Counted from the stretch's first letter, positions 39,396 to 50,395 are shown. The stretch is DNA of 64,000 nucleotides from an uncultured Methanolobus sp. (GCA_963675495.1 OY776215.1:1280001-1344000); one strand, 5' to 3'. Made by a program: numbers and translations. The notes: a model not told the origin generated them from the letters alone.

Positions 39396-40418
39396 ATGAC
39401 AAAATGGACACTTGAGAATATACTCAGAATCGACCCGCAAGAGTTTGAAGTACTTCTCTCAAGACTTTTTTCGAACATGGGATACAAGACAGAACTTACC
39501 CAATACTCCAGAGACAGAGGAATTGATATTGTTATTAGGATAGAGAACTTCGGACTCGCTCACAAATGGCTTGTTCAGGCGAAGAGATATTCAGAATCCG
39601 TAGGCGTAAAGGAAGTAAGAGAATACAGCAGTCTGAGATATCGTGATCGTGTTGATGGCGTGATAATTGCTGCAACCTCTTCATTCACTAAAGAAGCAAT
39701 GGAAGAAGCAGCGGAGCATAACCTTAAACTAATAGATGGAAACCTGCTTGTGGAAATGCTCAACCACTATTTACCTAACCAGTACACAGAAATTGCAGAC
39801 AATTCTGGGAAAAATACTGATAAACTGCCAGAGAAAATAGGCAATGGAGCTATTCTGAAAAGAGGAGAGAAAGTTCTTGCAAATGAAGTAGTAACGATGG
39901 CAAATGAAAAGTTCACTATTATTCTGACAAACAAGAATGTGTTCCTCAAAAAAGAAAGTTCCAGCTTCTTTTCAAAAAGTTCAAACATTGAAGAACGCAT
40001 TGAAATAAAGGACATTTTAGGATTGCATAACGAACCAAACAGATCCATATTAATAACAGGAACTAAAAAACTCAAAATGTATCCTATTAACTCCAGAAAA
40101 CTTCCTGAGCTGGTAAATATATTCGAAACCCTTCGCCCGGAATACCTGAGGGGTGAACACCTGAAGCTCTCATCAAGAAACGGAACACAACTTACAATAC
40201 TCACAAATAAGCGTCTAATTGTTTCTGAGATTTCAGGAGAGATGCAGAGGGAGATTCCAAACAAGAAGATCGTTGGTGTTGAACTGAAAGGTGGTTTCCT
40301 GAAAAAGGATCAGTTGCTTGTGTTGGAAGATTCCGGCGTTGTAGTAAAACATTATTTTGATGTCAATGAACCTGCAAAATGGAAAGAAATGATAGAACAA
40401 TGCGTCAGAACATATTAA
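39396..40418 (+). CDS. Mrr-like restriction endonuclease domain plus two PH-like repeats
   Basis: P.EFE.L...LF..MGY, D.GIDI, VQAKRY, SFT.EA, LIDG..L. Two C-terminal GE...ILTNK repeats. Confidence 0.82.
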   Translation: MTKWTLENILRIDPQEFEVLLSRLFSNMGYKTELTQYSRDRGIDIVIRIENFGLAHKWLVQAKRYSESVGVKEVREYSSLRYRDRVDGVIIAATSSFTKEAMEEAAEHNLKLIDGNLLVEMLNHYLPNQYTEIADNSGKNTDKLPEKIGNGAILKRGEKVLANEVVTMANEKFTIILTNKNVFLKKESSSFFSKSSNIEERIEIKDILGLHNEPNRSILITGTKKLKMYPINSRKLPELVNIFETLRPEYLRGEHLKLSSRNGTQLTILTNKRLIVSEISGEMQREIPNKKIVGVELKGGFLKKDQLLVLEDSGVVVKHYFDVNEPAKWKEMIEQCVRTY

Positions 40419-40496
40419 ATTTTTAATAATACATCACATGTATGAAATCTATATAAGAGATACATCAAATAATTACTAACGGGGAGTCACAAAATA

Positions 40497-40706
40497 ATGG
40501 TTACAGAAACGATTAAAATTGAAGGTATGATGTGTGGACATTGCCAGGCAAACGTGGAAAAATCCATTGGTGCAATTGCAGGGGTCAGTGAAGTAAAAGT
40601 CGACCTTGAAGCGAAGCATGCGACAGTTACCTTTGATGATTCTGTTGCAAAACTTGATGCCATTAAGGCAGCAGTAGCAGACGCAGGTTATACTGTTGTA
40701 GCCTGA
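40497..40706 (+). CDS. copZ: Copper chaperone (HMA domain)
   Basis: GMMCGHC, AGY. Confidence 0.9.
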   Translation: MVTETIKIEGMMCGHCQANVEKSIGAIAGVSEVKVDLEAKHATVTFDDSVAKLDAIKAAVADAGYTVVA

Positions 40707-40749
40707 AATCTCGAAAATATAACCATTTTCTTTTACTTTTTCCAGCAAC

Positions 40750-43515
40750 ATGAAAGCAGATATCAAAGTCTTTGGCATGACATGCATGCATTGCCACAAG
40801 CGTGTGAATGATGCAATATCAGATCTTAAAGGTGTGAATTCTGTTGAGGTCAGCCTTGAAAACGAGATGGCATCTGTTGATTTCGATATAGAGACCATTG
40901 CCCTTGAGGATATTAAAAAAGCCGTTACTGACGCAGGCTATGAAATTGGTGAAGATGCCTGTCAGGTTCCTGATGAAGGAGAGGCTATATGTCCAATTAT
41001 AATTGATGACACGGAACCGGAAGAAAGCAAAGCAGAGCCAGGAACTGTTAAGGAAATTGTCTTCAAGGTCTCAGGGATGCAATGCTCTGCCTGCGCACAG
41101 AACATCGAAAAAAACCTGAATAAACAGGAAGGAGTGATATCTGCTTCTGTGAACTTGCCCATGGAAAGGGCATCTGTTAGTTACGACCCTGCGCTCATCA
41201 CCCCTGTCGATATGGAAAATGCGATCGATGACATAGGCTATCATGTTGTTAAGGATAAGCTCGTGCTTGAAGTAGGTGGGATGAAGTGTGCCGCCTGTTC
41301 CCAAAACGTTGAAAAAGTCCTCAAGAGACTGAAAAGTGTAAGTTCTGCAAGTGTTAATATTACCACAGGACGAGCACAGGTAGAATATAATTCCTCACTT
41401 TTATCAGTTGATGAGATTCGAAAAGCTGTTGAAGGAATCGGATATTCAGCAGCCCTCCCTGCCGACAGGAAAGAAGCAGAGGACAGGGAAAGGAAGGAAA
41501 GGGAACATGAGATAAAACAGCAGAAGAACAACCTGCTTATTTCCGTTGCAATTTTAATCCCTATAATGCTTGGAAATATGAAAATGATGTTTCCGGGTCC
41601 TTTTGGTTTTGTGCCAGCCCTGTTCTCTGACAGGAATCTGTTGTTTCTGCTGGCAACCATTGTTATGGTATTCCCGGGAAGACAATTCTTTGTTGGCACC
41701 TACCGTGGCCTGAAACATGGTGTCACTGACATGAACCTGCTGATTGCCACCGGTACAGGAGCAGCTTATGTCATCAGTATTGCAGCAAGTTATCTGGATC
41801 TTGGCCCTGGCTACGAACATGTGTATTACGACACAGCAGTGATGCTTATCACTTTCATCGTTTTTGGAAGATATCTGGAGGCAAGGGCAAAGGGCAGGAC
41901 ATCCGAGTCCATTAAGAAACTCATCGGCCTGCAGGCAAAGACAGCACGCATCATCGTTGCCGGTGAAGAGAAGGAAATACCTGTGGAAGATGTACAGGTT
42001 GATGACATCGTCTTTGTAAGACCCGGGGAAAAAGTACCTGTTGATGGTGTTGTCGTCGAGGGCTCGTCTGCCATGGACGAATCGATGATCACAGGAGAAA
42101 GCATACCTGTGGAAAAGAGCGTTGCTGACATGGTCATCGGTTCCACACTGAATAAATCAGGAGCACTGAAATTCAAGGCCACCAACGTTGGTGCTGACAC
42201 CGCCCTTGCGAGGATAATAGAACTTGTGGAAAATGCCCAGAACTCCAAGGCACCTATACAGCGTATAGCCGATGTTGTTGCCGGGCATTTCATTCTTGTA
42301 GTTCACATTATCGCACTGGCAGCGTTCTTCTTCTGGTACTTCATCGGCTATGAGACATTCAACGTTGCAGTACACTCAGGAATAGCAAGTCCGTTCCTGT
42401 TCTCTTTGCTTATTTCCATTACGGTGCTTGTGATTTCGTGCCCCTGTGCAGTTGGACTTGCAACACCTGCCGCAATCATGGTTGGCACCGGCAAGGGTGC
42501 AGAGAACGGAATTCTGATAAAGGGCGGTGAAGCCCTCGAGAGAACACTTAAGATAGACACTATCGTGTTCGATAAGACAGGAACCCTCACAAAAGGTAAG
42601 CCCGAACTTACCGATATTGTGCTGACTGCTGGCCATGGCAATGATGAGGTACTTACTCTTGCAGCAAGTGCGGAGAAAGGCTCAGAGCATCCACTTGGAG
42701 AAGCAATTGTGAAGGCTGCCGAGGAGAAGAAACTGGATATCAGGAATGTGGAGAAGTTCAACTCAATTGCAGGACATGGTGTTGAAGCTACTATCGATGG
42801 TAACAGGGTACTGCTTGGAACCCGCAAGCTCATGGAAGACAATGATGTTGATATTTCCTCGTTAAGTGAGAATATGGAACGTCTTGAAACAGAAGGCAAG
42901 ACTGCAATGATAGTTGCAAAAGAAGGCCAGACAATTGGAATTGTCGCTGTTGCGGATACACTCAAGGAAAACTCAAAAGAAGCTGTGGAAAAGCTGCAAA
43001 AGATGGATATCGAGGTTGTGATGCTCACCGGAGACAACCGCAGGACTGCAGATGCCATTGCGGCCCAGCTTGGAATTAACAGAGTGCTATCAGAAGTGCT
43101 TCCTGGAGACAAAGCATCGGAGATCAAGAAACTCCAGGATGAAGGCAGGATCGTCGCAATGGTTGGAGACGGTATCAATGATGCACCTGCACTCACACAA
43201 TCCGACATTGGCATTGCAATGGGAGCAGGAACGGATGTTGCAATGGAATCCGCACAGATAGTCCTGATAAAGAATGACCTCAGGGACGTATTGGCCTCTA
43301 TAAGATTGAGCCGCCTTACAATGAACAAGATCAAGCAGAACCTCTTCTGGGCATTTGGTTACAACAGTATTGGCATACCGCTTGCAGCAGGAGTACTGTA
43401 TCCATTCATAACAAAAATAGTCATCAGCCCAGAACTTGCAGCGGCTTTCATGGCAATGAGCTCTGTTTCGGTCACAACTAATTCCCTGCTCATGAAGAGA
43501 AGCAGGATAAAATAA
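40750..43515 (+). CDS. copA: Cu(I)-translocating P1B-type ATPase with three HMA domains
   Basis: GM.CxxC three times, [27 protein letters not shown] and MAMSS motifs. Confidence 0.95.
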   Translation: MKADIKVFGMTCMHCHKRVNDAISDLKGVNSVEVSLENEMASVDFDIETIALEDIKKAVTDAGYEIGEDACQVPDEGEAICPIIIDDTEPEESKAEPGTVKEIVFKVSGMQCSACAQNIEKNLNKQEGVISASVNLPMERASVSYDPALITPVDMENAIDDIGYHVVKDKLVLEVGGMKCAACSQNVEKVLKRLKSVSSASVNITTGRAQVEYNSSLLSVDEIRKAVEGIGYSAALPADRKEAEDRERKEREHEIKQQKNNLLISVAILIPIMLGNMKMMFPGPFGFVPALFSDRNLLFLLATIVMVFPGRQFFVGTYRGLKHGVTDMNLLIATGTGAAYVISIAASYLDLGPGYEHVYYDTAVMLITFIVFGRYLEARAKGRTSESIKKLIGLQAKTARIIVAGEEKEIPVEDVQVDDIVFVRPGEKVPVDGVVVEGSSAMDESMITGESIPVEKSVADMVIGSTLNKSGALKFKATNVGADTALARIIELVENAQNSKAPIQRIADVVAGHFILVVHIIALAAFFFWYFIGYETFNVAVHSGIASPFLFSLLISITVLVISCPCAVGLATPAAIMVGTGKGAENGILIKGGEALERTLKIDTIVFDKTGTLTKGKPELTDIVLTAGHGNDEVLTLAASAEKGSEHPLGEAIVKAAEEKKLDIRNVEKFNSIAGHGVEATIDGNRVLLGTRKLMEDNDVDISSLSENMERLETEGKTAMIVAKEGQTIGIVAVADTLKENSKEAVEKLQKMDIEVVMLTGDNRRTADAIAAQLGINRVLSEVLPGDKASEIKKLQDEGRIVAMVGDGINDAPALTQSDIGIAMGAGTDVAMESAQIVLIKNDLRDVLASIRLSRLTMNKIKQNLFWAFGYNSIGIPLAAGVLYPFITKIVISPELAAAFMAMSSVSVTTNSLLMKRSRIK

Positions 43516-43527
43516 GGAGATGGTCAC

Positions 43528-43761
43528 ATGGATAATGTTTCAGGGAAGAATACAGGAAAATACTCACTCATCGCGAGCGTAGCTTCTTCACTTTTACTTG
43601 TCATCATCTTTACAGGATTTTCACTTTTGGTTAATAGCTCCAGAACCGTTCCACTGTACAGCCAGGTGGACATCATTGCAGGCATGGTCTTTGTGTTCAT
43701 CCTGAGTATGATAGTAGCGGCTTCGGTGTGGCCGGGAGTAATTGAGAAATATTTAGAATAA
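43528..43761 (+). CDS. Small two-TM membrane protein downstream of copA
   Basis: AGGAG SD, two hydrophobic helices. Confidence 0.7.
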   Translation: MDNVSGKNTGKYSLIASVASSLLLVIIFTGFSLLVNSSRTVPLYSQVDIIAGMVFVFILSMIVAASVWPGVIEKYLE

Positions 43762-43823
43762 CAATATATTCTATAAAAGCAAGAAAATGCACACTTTTCT
43801 AAAAACTTTAAGTTGGTGATTTA

Positions 43824-44393
43824 ATGATACTTAATACTAAAATGATGCCAGAAGCAGAAGTTAGTCTTAATCTTGCACTATATCTTATTCTAAATGATTT
43901 TGTTACATCGAATGTAATGGTAGCCATCGATGGGGCACAGGTTAAAACAGGCAATAACATTCACTTTCCAATTGAAGAATTTATGGCAAAAAACAACTGC
44001 AAAATAATCGAAAAACAAAATGATTGGAGAGGAACTTACAAAATAAAAAATGCTGCATATAATATTGAAGTCCATTCTTCCCCAGGAAAAGGAGATGTTG
44101 TTGCAAAACTAATTAATGGTGTTGATTTGCGCGTTGAAAGCAAAAAAGGCCCTCTAACAAATAGTAAAAGTTCTAAAGAATATCCATTGATGAGAGAAGC
44201 AATTGGTCAACTTATGACTATTGGAGAATATAATGCCAACGATAAATTAGCGATTGCAATTCCAAATTCACCAAAATTCAAAAGCCTTTCTGAAACATGG
44301 AAAAAGGCACCCCTTATTCAAAAAAATAATCTTTGTTTTTTATTAGTTAATCGAAATGGAAATGTAGAGGGAATTGAAGAAATATTGTATTAA
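43824..44393 (+). CDS. AT-rich hypothetical protein, possible PD-(D/E)xK nuclease fold
   Basis: GDVVAK...VESKKG and EAIGQLM motifs. A/T-ending codons unlike its neighbours. Confidence 0.6.
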   Translation: MILNTKMMPEAEVSLNLALYLILNDFVTSNVMVAIDGAQVKTGNNIHFPIEEFMAKNNCKIIEKQNDWRGTYKIKNAAYNIEVHSSPGKGDVVAKLINGVDLRVESKKGPLTNSKSSKEYPLMREAIGQLMTIGEYNANDKLAIAIPNSPKFKSLSETWKKAPLIQKNNLCFLLVNRNGNVEGIEEILY

Positions 44394-44429
44394 GAATCCT
44401 ACAACCACCCCGCTAGAAATAATTTAATT

Positions 44430-45410
44430 TCATTCCATATCCAGATGCGGATTGATATCGCACCCTGTGCATGGCAGGCACATAGTATCAAAAGTATCTG
44501 CACGCAGGCCATACTCATCCAGTATTTCCCTCAGGAAGCGGTTGAGATGCAATAACCTTTCAGCAGATGGCCTTTCTATTGTAACCTCACCTTCGCGTAA
44601 CGGGTGTCTGGCGGCTGCCCTGAGAATTGGAACAACACCTATTGACACCAGTTCTTCAATACCTTTCTCGGCAGACTCATCTGTTTCCCCCAGACCAATG
44701 ATGAAATTAGAGCAGACTTTATTCTTTCCGAATATCTCAACGCCTTCCCTTAGTGCATCAAGTAAGTGTCCAAGGTCCTGATCGGGACAGACTACGGCGT
44801 AGATATCCCTGTCCATGGTCTCAACGTTGTATTTGAGTTCGTCAGCACCGGCATCCTTAAGCCTGCGTGTGCAGCCCTCAGTAGGATATACGGAAACACC
44901 GATTGGAACATTATATATTTCTCTGAGCTTGCGAATAAGTTCCTCAGCCCTGTCAACTTCTTTTTCTGCGGAGATCTCGACACCTGATGTAATGGAAATT
45001 GCCTTCATCCTGCCGGTACTGTCGGCATCTGCAATCATCTTCAGCATCTCATCCATTGTCTTGACCTTACCACCCAGCTTTGGAACCGGACAGAACTTAC
45101 AATCATAAATGCATTTTTCACACATTGTTATGAAAGCCTGATCCGGGCAATGAATGAGTTCTTCTTCAATGCTGCCTCTTGCGATCTCAACATCGTCCTT
45201 TCTTATCACAAGGTCCCCATTTTCCATTTCTGCAGTTAATGGAGATTCTTTTTTAACAGCGAGACGCACACGATGTCCACCTGAATTGAAGAAGAATGCC
45301 ACATTCCCGGCTCCAGGACCGGCTGTGGGGATGGTCAGGTGGTGGATGAGGGCAGGATCCATATTTACGGAACCTACTGAGATGAGTTGTGCTTTGGTTT
45401 CTGCGTTCAT
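44430..45410 (-). CDS. Radical SAM protein (biotin-synthase-related, archaeal)
   Basis: CIYDCKFC, ITSG, YNVET, IIGLGETD, C-terminal C..C.GC. Confidence 0.88.
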   Translation of the reverse strand: MNAETKAQLISVGSVNMDPALIHHLTIPTAGPGAGNVAFFFNSGGHRVRLAVKKESPLTAEMENGDLVIRKDDVEIARGSIEEELIHCPDQAFITMCEKCIYDCKFCPVPKLGGKVKTMDEMLKMIADADSTGRMKAISITSGVEISAEKEVDRAEELIRKLREIYNVPIGVSVYPTEGCTRRLKDAGADELKYNVETMDRDIYAVVCPDQDLGHLLDALREGVEIFGKNKVCSNFIIGLGETDESAEKGIEELVSIGVVPILRAAARHPLREGEVTIERPSAERLLHLNRFLREILDEYGLRADTFDTMCLPCTGCDINPHLDME

Positions 45411-45464
45411 GAATTCTCCATTATAATGAAAGTGTGACCATTTTTAGCAATATACTTACATAGC

Positions 45465-46334
45465 CTATTTTTGCCTGGAATACTTTATTGTTTCCCCAAA
45501 ATGATCCATACCACACCGGTCGATGACATCTCCTAGCCGTTCACCTTCAAGTGCATTCTGGCGATAATAGTCAATGGTCCTTTCAAGGACATCAAATACA
45601 ACTTCCTCTTTGTCCGTCCTGAGAAACTGGTCACCCATGCGTGGCCTTTTACCTACTTTGCCACCAACGAAAATCGTGAACCCTTTCGTCTTTGTTTGCA
45701 TAGCATCTTTCAGGCATGCTGCAATGCATAAACCACATGTGATACATTTATGCATATCAAGATACAGGCTACCATTTTCTATTTTTATGGCAGAAATCCC
45801 ACATGCTTTTTCACATTGCCTGCACATGACACAATTGTCTTCAATGAAGACCGGTTCTTCAAAACCCATGATACCGAAATCGTTTTCCTGAACTTTCAGG
45901 CAGGATGATGGGCAACCTGTTACTGCAATTTTGAACTTATAAGGAACTGGTTTTGCAAAGTACATCTCATCAATTTTGTCGCATATTGCCTGACAGTCAA
46001 TTAGACCACGTTTACATACACTGTCTCCCTGGCATGCTACGACTGCTCTTATCTTTTTTCCAGAAGCTCCCGGACTTATTCCCGCAGAAGCCATTTGCTT
46101 ACTGGCACCATCTGTGTTATCAAGATGAACGAACGGTATCTCCATGCCCTGACGGGAGGTCACGTGTACATAGCCCTTACCGTATCTGTCGGCAGCATTG
46201 GCCACTGCCCTTAGATAGTCGGATGTCAGATTGCCACCTGCAGCATGCAAGCGCATGGAGAAGTAATCATCCTGCTTTTGGGAAAGAAAACCTTTTTCCT
46301 TCAGCAGATTTTTGTCTGTATTTCTTTTTACCAT
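45465..46334 (-). CDS. Siroheme nitrite/sulfite reductase-like protein (Dsr-LP) with ferredoxin insert
   Basis: TSRQG.E, CQGDSVC (CX5C), KFKIAVTGCPSSC (CX3C), two CxxCxxCxxxC, GERLG. Confidence 0.88.
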   Translation of the reverse strand: MVKRNTDKNLLKEKGFLSQKQDDYFSMRLHAAGGNLTSDYLRAVANAADRYGKGYVHVTSRQGMEIPFVHLDNTDGASKQMASAGISPGASGKKIRAVVACQGDSVCKRGLIDCQAICDKIDEMYFAKPVPYKFKIAVTGCPSSCLKVQENDFGIMGFEEPVFIEDNCVMCRQCEKACGISAIKIENGSLYLDMHKCITCGLCIAACLKDAMQTKTKGFTIFVGGKVGKRPRMGDQFLRTDKEEVVFDVLERTIDYYRQNALEGERLGDVIDRCGMDHFGETIKYSRQK

Positions 46335-46475
46335 TTAGGTCACTTTCTGTTTCCAGTTATATGGAATTTATTTGAAACACCCATCAAGAGTGATGGAATA
46401 GATTGACGATTTAGTAATAGATAAATAGCATAAAAACATTTTGGAATGTCCCCATAATACATAGAAGTATCATTA

Positions 46476-46507
46476 ATAATCATGATGCTGCGAACCATCA
46501 TGATTAT
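46476..46507. promoter_or_regulatory. 12-bp perfect inverted repeat, probable operator in the divergent intergenic region
   Basis: ATAATCATGATG-ctgcgaac-CATCATGATTAT, upstream of TTTTATAC (about 46523). Confidence 0.55.
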
Positions 46508-46585
46508 ATTATTCAAATTTTGTTTTATACCATAAGAACAATATAATGCATCCTAAAAGGACATCCGTGATCCTGGGAGATTAAG

Positions 46586-47746
46586 ATGCCGATCGATCCT
46601 ATATGTAAGAAAATTGTCCCCGAGGACACTTCGTGTAATACAGAATACGGAGGAAAAACGTATCATTTTTGTTCAGATTGGTGCCAGGTTAAATTCGAGC
46701 ACCTCGAAAAAAGTGTTATCCGAATGAAAAGATCCATTCCTGAAAAAGAGCGCATATCTTTTGGGAAACTCAGGAAAGATATAATCAAGCCGGGAATCTG
46801 TACTTTATGTGGAGCCTGTTCAGCTACATGCGAGTCCATAGCTATCAAGAACGATCAGCCTACTCTTGTTGACAAGTGTACGGCATGTGGTGTTTGCTAT
46901 AACCAGTGTCCACGGACCATAACCACTGAAGAGGGACTTATCGGAAAACTACGCAATGCTTACAGTGCACGTTCAGCACTTCCTGATATTAAAGGACAGG
47001 ATGGCGGAGTTGTGACTTCCATGCTTGCTTATGCACTTGATGAAGGACTCATCGACTGTGCTATCGTCACCAAAAGGTCAGAAGAAGAGCCTTGGAAACC
47101 CGTACCTATGATCGCACGGACATGTGAGGAATTGCTGGATTCATCCGGTAGTATGTACAGCCACAGCATGACGCTGAGTGCGTTAATGAGTGCCATAAAA
47201 CAGGGCTGGAGAAGTATTGCTTTTGTGGGTCCAAGTTGTAATATCGATGCTGTCACCAAGATGCAAAAAAGCCCATACGGGTTTTTGAATCTCTTCATGA
47301 GAGCAAATATACTTAAAATGGGACTGTTCTGCATGGATACCTTCTATTATGAGGGAATCAAGGAATTCGTGGAAAGTAAAAACATTCGACTGGAAGATAT
47401 TGAATCCATGAAGATACGTAAAGGCCAGTTCGAATTCCATACTCCTGAAGAGCTAAAGGTCTACCCGCTCCATGAAATGGATATGTACAGGAGCAGCTCA
47501 TGCAAATTTTGTACGGATATGGCTTCTGAAAATGCCGATATTTCTTTTGGAGGCGTTGGTACACCACAGGGATGGACCACAGTTCTTGCCCGCTCCGGCC
47601 TGGGATATGAGTTATACAATGAAGCTGTCGATAGTGGCTACATAGACTCACACCTGCTTGAAGAAAAAGAAATGAAAGGTGCTCTTAACCTTGCGAAGAT
47701 GAAGAAGATCCAGATGTATTCACTCAACCGCAGGCAGAATCTTTGA
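46586..47746 (+). CDS. YHS/TRASH domain fused to an F420-binding FrhB/FpoF family subunit
   Basis: DPIC...Y.GKTYHFCS..C (YHS), two 4Fe-4S motifs, QDGGVVT, GLFC, C.FC.D....ADISFG.VG...GWT. Confidence 0.88.
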   Translation: MPIDPICKKIVPEDTSCNTEYGGKTYHFCSDWCQVKFEHLEKSVIRMKRSIPEKERISFGKLRKDIIKPGICTLCGACSATCESIAIKNDQPTLVDKCTACGVCYNQCPRTITTEEGLIGKLRNAYSARSALPDIKGQDGGVVTSMLAYALDEGLIDCAIVTKRSEEEPWKPVPMIARTCEELLDSSGSMYSHSMTLSALMSAIKQGWRSIAFVGPSCNIDAVTKMQKSPYGFLNLFMRANILKMGLFCMDTFYYEGIKEFVESKNIRLEDIESMKIRKGQFEFHTPEELKVYPLHEMDMYRSSSCKFCTDMASENADISFGGVGTPQGWTTVLARSGLGYELYNEAVDSGYIDSHLLEEKEMKGALNLAKMKKIQMYSLNRRQNL

Positions 47747-47923
47747 GAGCATAAAGCAAGATCATGTATGAGACAGATTTTGTTAATAAACAGATAATGA
47801 ACTAAAATTCTTGTTATTGGAATTACCTATTAAAAATTACTTTTGTTATTGAATATTGTAATGAGTTAATGTTATAAAGTATCAAAAAAAGTTTTATTTG
47901 ATAGAACTACGGGGCTTGATGTT

Positions 47924-48382
47924 ATGGGTGAAAAAATAAAAGATCAAAAGATACTTGAAGAAATACTGTTGGAAGCGCAATATCTGAGATTGGCACTTTG
48001 CAATGATGACAGACCTTACATCGTACCAATGTCATTCGGATACAAAAATGATGCAGTTTATTTACACAGCTCCAGAAAAGGTACTAAAATTGATTTGATA
48101 CGAAAAAACAAGAATGTTTGTTTTGAAGTAGATGATTTTTATCAAACCCTCCCATCAGATGAGCCCTGCTCATATTACATGAAGTATCGAAGCATTGTTG
48201 GATACGGAACAGCAACAATCCTGGGAAAGAAAGAGGAAATTAAAGATGGTCTTCAAATCATAATTGACCACTTCCACAATAAAGAATATAGTATTGATGA
48301 CCTGAATCTTAATGGAGTAGCTGTTATTCGTATTGATGTGGAGGATATGCATGGCAGACAATATGGAATGGACTCTGAGTAA
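47924..48382 (+). CDS. Pyridoxamine 5'-phosphate oxidase / NimA-like flavin-binding protein
   Basis: PYIVPMSFGY, YLHS...G.K, VCFEVD, YRS..G.G. Confidence 0.85.
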   Translation: MGEKIKDQKILEEILLEAQYLRLALCNDDRPYIVPMSFGYKNDAVYLHSSRKGTKIDLIRKNKNVCFEVDDFYQTLPSDEPCSYYMKYRSIVGYGTATILGKKEEIKDGLQIIIDHFHNKEYSIDDLNLNGVAVIRIDVEDMHGRQYGMDSE

Positions 48383-48416
48383 TCATATCTGAATGACTAT
48401 TGGGAAGTAATTTTTG

Positions 48417-50351
48417 ATGAAATACGGGCTTGGAATAGATGCAGGCGGCACATACACCGATGCCGTCATCCTGAGCGAAGTTGACGGCAGGATAGTGGAG
48501 AGTACAAAATCGCCAACTACATATCCAGATCCACTCACTGGAATCCAGAATGCACTTGACTTACTGAATCCCTCTTACCTGAAAAATGTATCAAAAGTAT
48601 CTATTTCCACAACCCTTGCAACAAATTCCCTTCTTGAGAACACTGTTTCAGAACAATCCGGGTATAATGTTGCACTTATAATGATAGGTGCCATAGACAT
48701 TGACAAAAAATCAGATGTCTCTTATTACATTAATGTGAGAGGCGGACATAACCCAAATGGGTTTGAATGCCAGTCATTAGACACCGCGGGAATCAGAGAT
48801 TATGTTCTTGAAGTAAAAGACAAAGTCTCTGCTTTTGCTATATCCTCTTGTTTTAGTGTCCGCAATCCAGATCACGAACTCAAAGCTAAAGAGATATGTG
48901 AGGAAATTACGGGCTTACCTGTGGTTTGCGGACATGAGCTTTCACAGTCACTGGGTTCTTACGAAAGAGGAATAACCGCTTATCTGAATGCTCAATTAGT
49001 TCCTATTACGACACAGTTCATGAATACAATTGTCTCAGAGATAAAAAGGCGTGGAATTGAGGCAAGAATTACAATGCTCAAGTGTGACGGTTCTGTTGTA
49101 GACATCAAGGAAGCCCTCAGGCATCCGATAGAATCAGTGTTTACAGGACCTGCTGCCAGCCTTGTTGGCGCATCCTATCTAGCTGGAATCAGCAATTGTA
49201 TTGCAATTGACGTTGGTGGAACCAGTACTGACGTTGCAAAAATAACTGATGGGGTACCTGAAGTAACGGATGAAGGAGCCGTTGTTGGAGGCTGGCACAC
49301 AAAAGTAAAAGCCATACGCATGGAAACCTCAGCCATGGGAGGCGACAGCCATGTATGGATCAAGAACGGAAAATTAAACATTGGACCACGCAAGGTGATT
49401 CCGCTTTGTGTCGCTGCAACAAAGTGGCCAATTGTCAAGGAAAAACTGAAAGGAAGAAATATCCTTTCAAAAATGCAGTTAACAGAAAACATACAGCAAA
49501 CCAAATTTTTTATTCGGACAGGCAACAAGCCCGGCAGGTTGAGCAAGACGGAAAAAGAATTATATGACTGTATAGGTGATGAGCCTGCTTCTATTAAGGA
49601 AATTTTCACTACCGATATACCTTCTTCTGTGTTTCTGGACATCTTAATAAAGAAAGATCTTATACAGGCAATAGGGTTCACTCCAACAGATGCCTTACAT
49701 GTTCTGGGAGATTACACTGAATGGGATGGCGAAGCTTGCATAATTGCGGCTGAATTACTGGGTGGAATGACTTCTTCAGATGGACTGCAGTTTTGTAAAG
49801 ATGTTAAGAATCAATTCACACAAAACATGGCTGTCTATGTCATGGCATACCTCTTGAAAGATATCGATCATGCAGATATCAAAAAAATAATTGAGAACAG
49901 GGATGAATACATCACAAAGTTCAAGATCGCAACGCCGGTGGTTTTACTGGGTGCCCCGGTCCAGGCTTACGTTGATGATATCAGGGATATGATCGATACG
50001 GAAATCATCTTGCCAGAATATGCAGAAGTCGGAAATGCTGTCGGTGCGCTTGTGGGTAAAATGACAAAAAGGATTGAAATACTCATTCGTAAGATATACG
50101 AAGGTAACAAGCCTGTCATAATGATGTTTTTCCCGGAAGGAAGAAAACGATTCAATAGTTACTCCTCTGCTCTTGAGGAAGCAGATGTTGTGGGAAGACG
50201 GCTCATAACGGACTACCTGAACGGTTCCAGCCTTCCAATCCAGGAATTAAATATAGAAGTTATAAGACAGGATGTCAAAGCCATTGAAGAAGATAGATCC
50301 CCAATGGAGATCAAACTTGTTTTCATAGGTGTGGGAACAGTCGATAATTGA
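48417..50351 (+). CDS. Hydantoinase A / oxoprolinase family protein
   Basis: GIDAGGTYTD, STTLATN, GPAAS, DVGGTSTD, TPTDALHVLG, NAVGA. Confidence 0.9.
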   Translation: MKYGLGIDAGGTYTDAVILSEVDGRIVESTKSPTTYPDPLTGIQNALDLLNPSYLKNVSKVSISTTLATNSLLENTVSEQSGYNVALIMIGAIDIDKKSDVSYYINVRGGHNPNGFECQSLDTAGIRDYVLEVKDKVSAFAISSCFSVRNPDHELKAKEICEEITGLPVVCGHELSQSLGSYERGITAYLNAQLVPITTQFMNTIVSEIKRRGIEARITMLKCDGSVVDIKEALRHPIESVFTGPAASLVGASYLAGISNCIAIDVGGTSTDVAKITDGVPEVTDEGAVVGGWHTKVKAIRMETSAMGGDSHVWIKNGKLNIGPRKVIPLCVAATKWPIVKEKLKGRNILSKMQLTENIQQTKFFIRTGNKPGRLSKTEKELYDCIGDEPASIKEIFTTDIPSSVFLDILIKKDLIQAIGFTPTDALHVLGDYTEWDGEACIIAAELLGGMTSSDGLQFCKDVKNQFTQNMAVYVMAYLLKDIDHADIKKIIENRDEYITKFKIATPVVLLGAPVQAYVDDIRDMIDTEIILPEYAEVGNAVGALVGKMTKRIEILIRKIYEGNKPVIMMFFPEGRKRFNSYSSALEEADVVGRRLITDYLNGSSLPIQELNIEVIRQDVKAIEEDRSPMEIKLVFIGVGTVDN

Positions 50352-50395
50352 CGCAAAACCCTACTTTTTTAAGCATCTTAAGCCAATGTTCTATT

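Noticed and set aside
42348-43334. Long antisense ORFs (328 aa opposite copA; also 25917..26696, 24897..25553, 4457..5038)
   Set aside because: Shadow frames of well-supported genes, with Ser/Ile-rich composition and no motifs.
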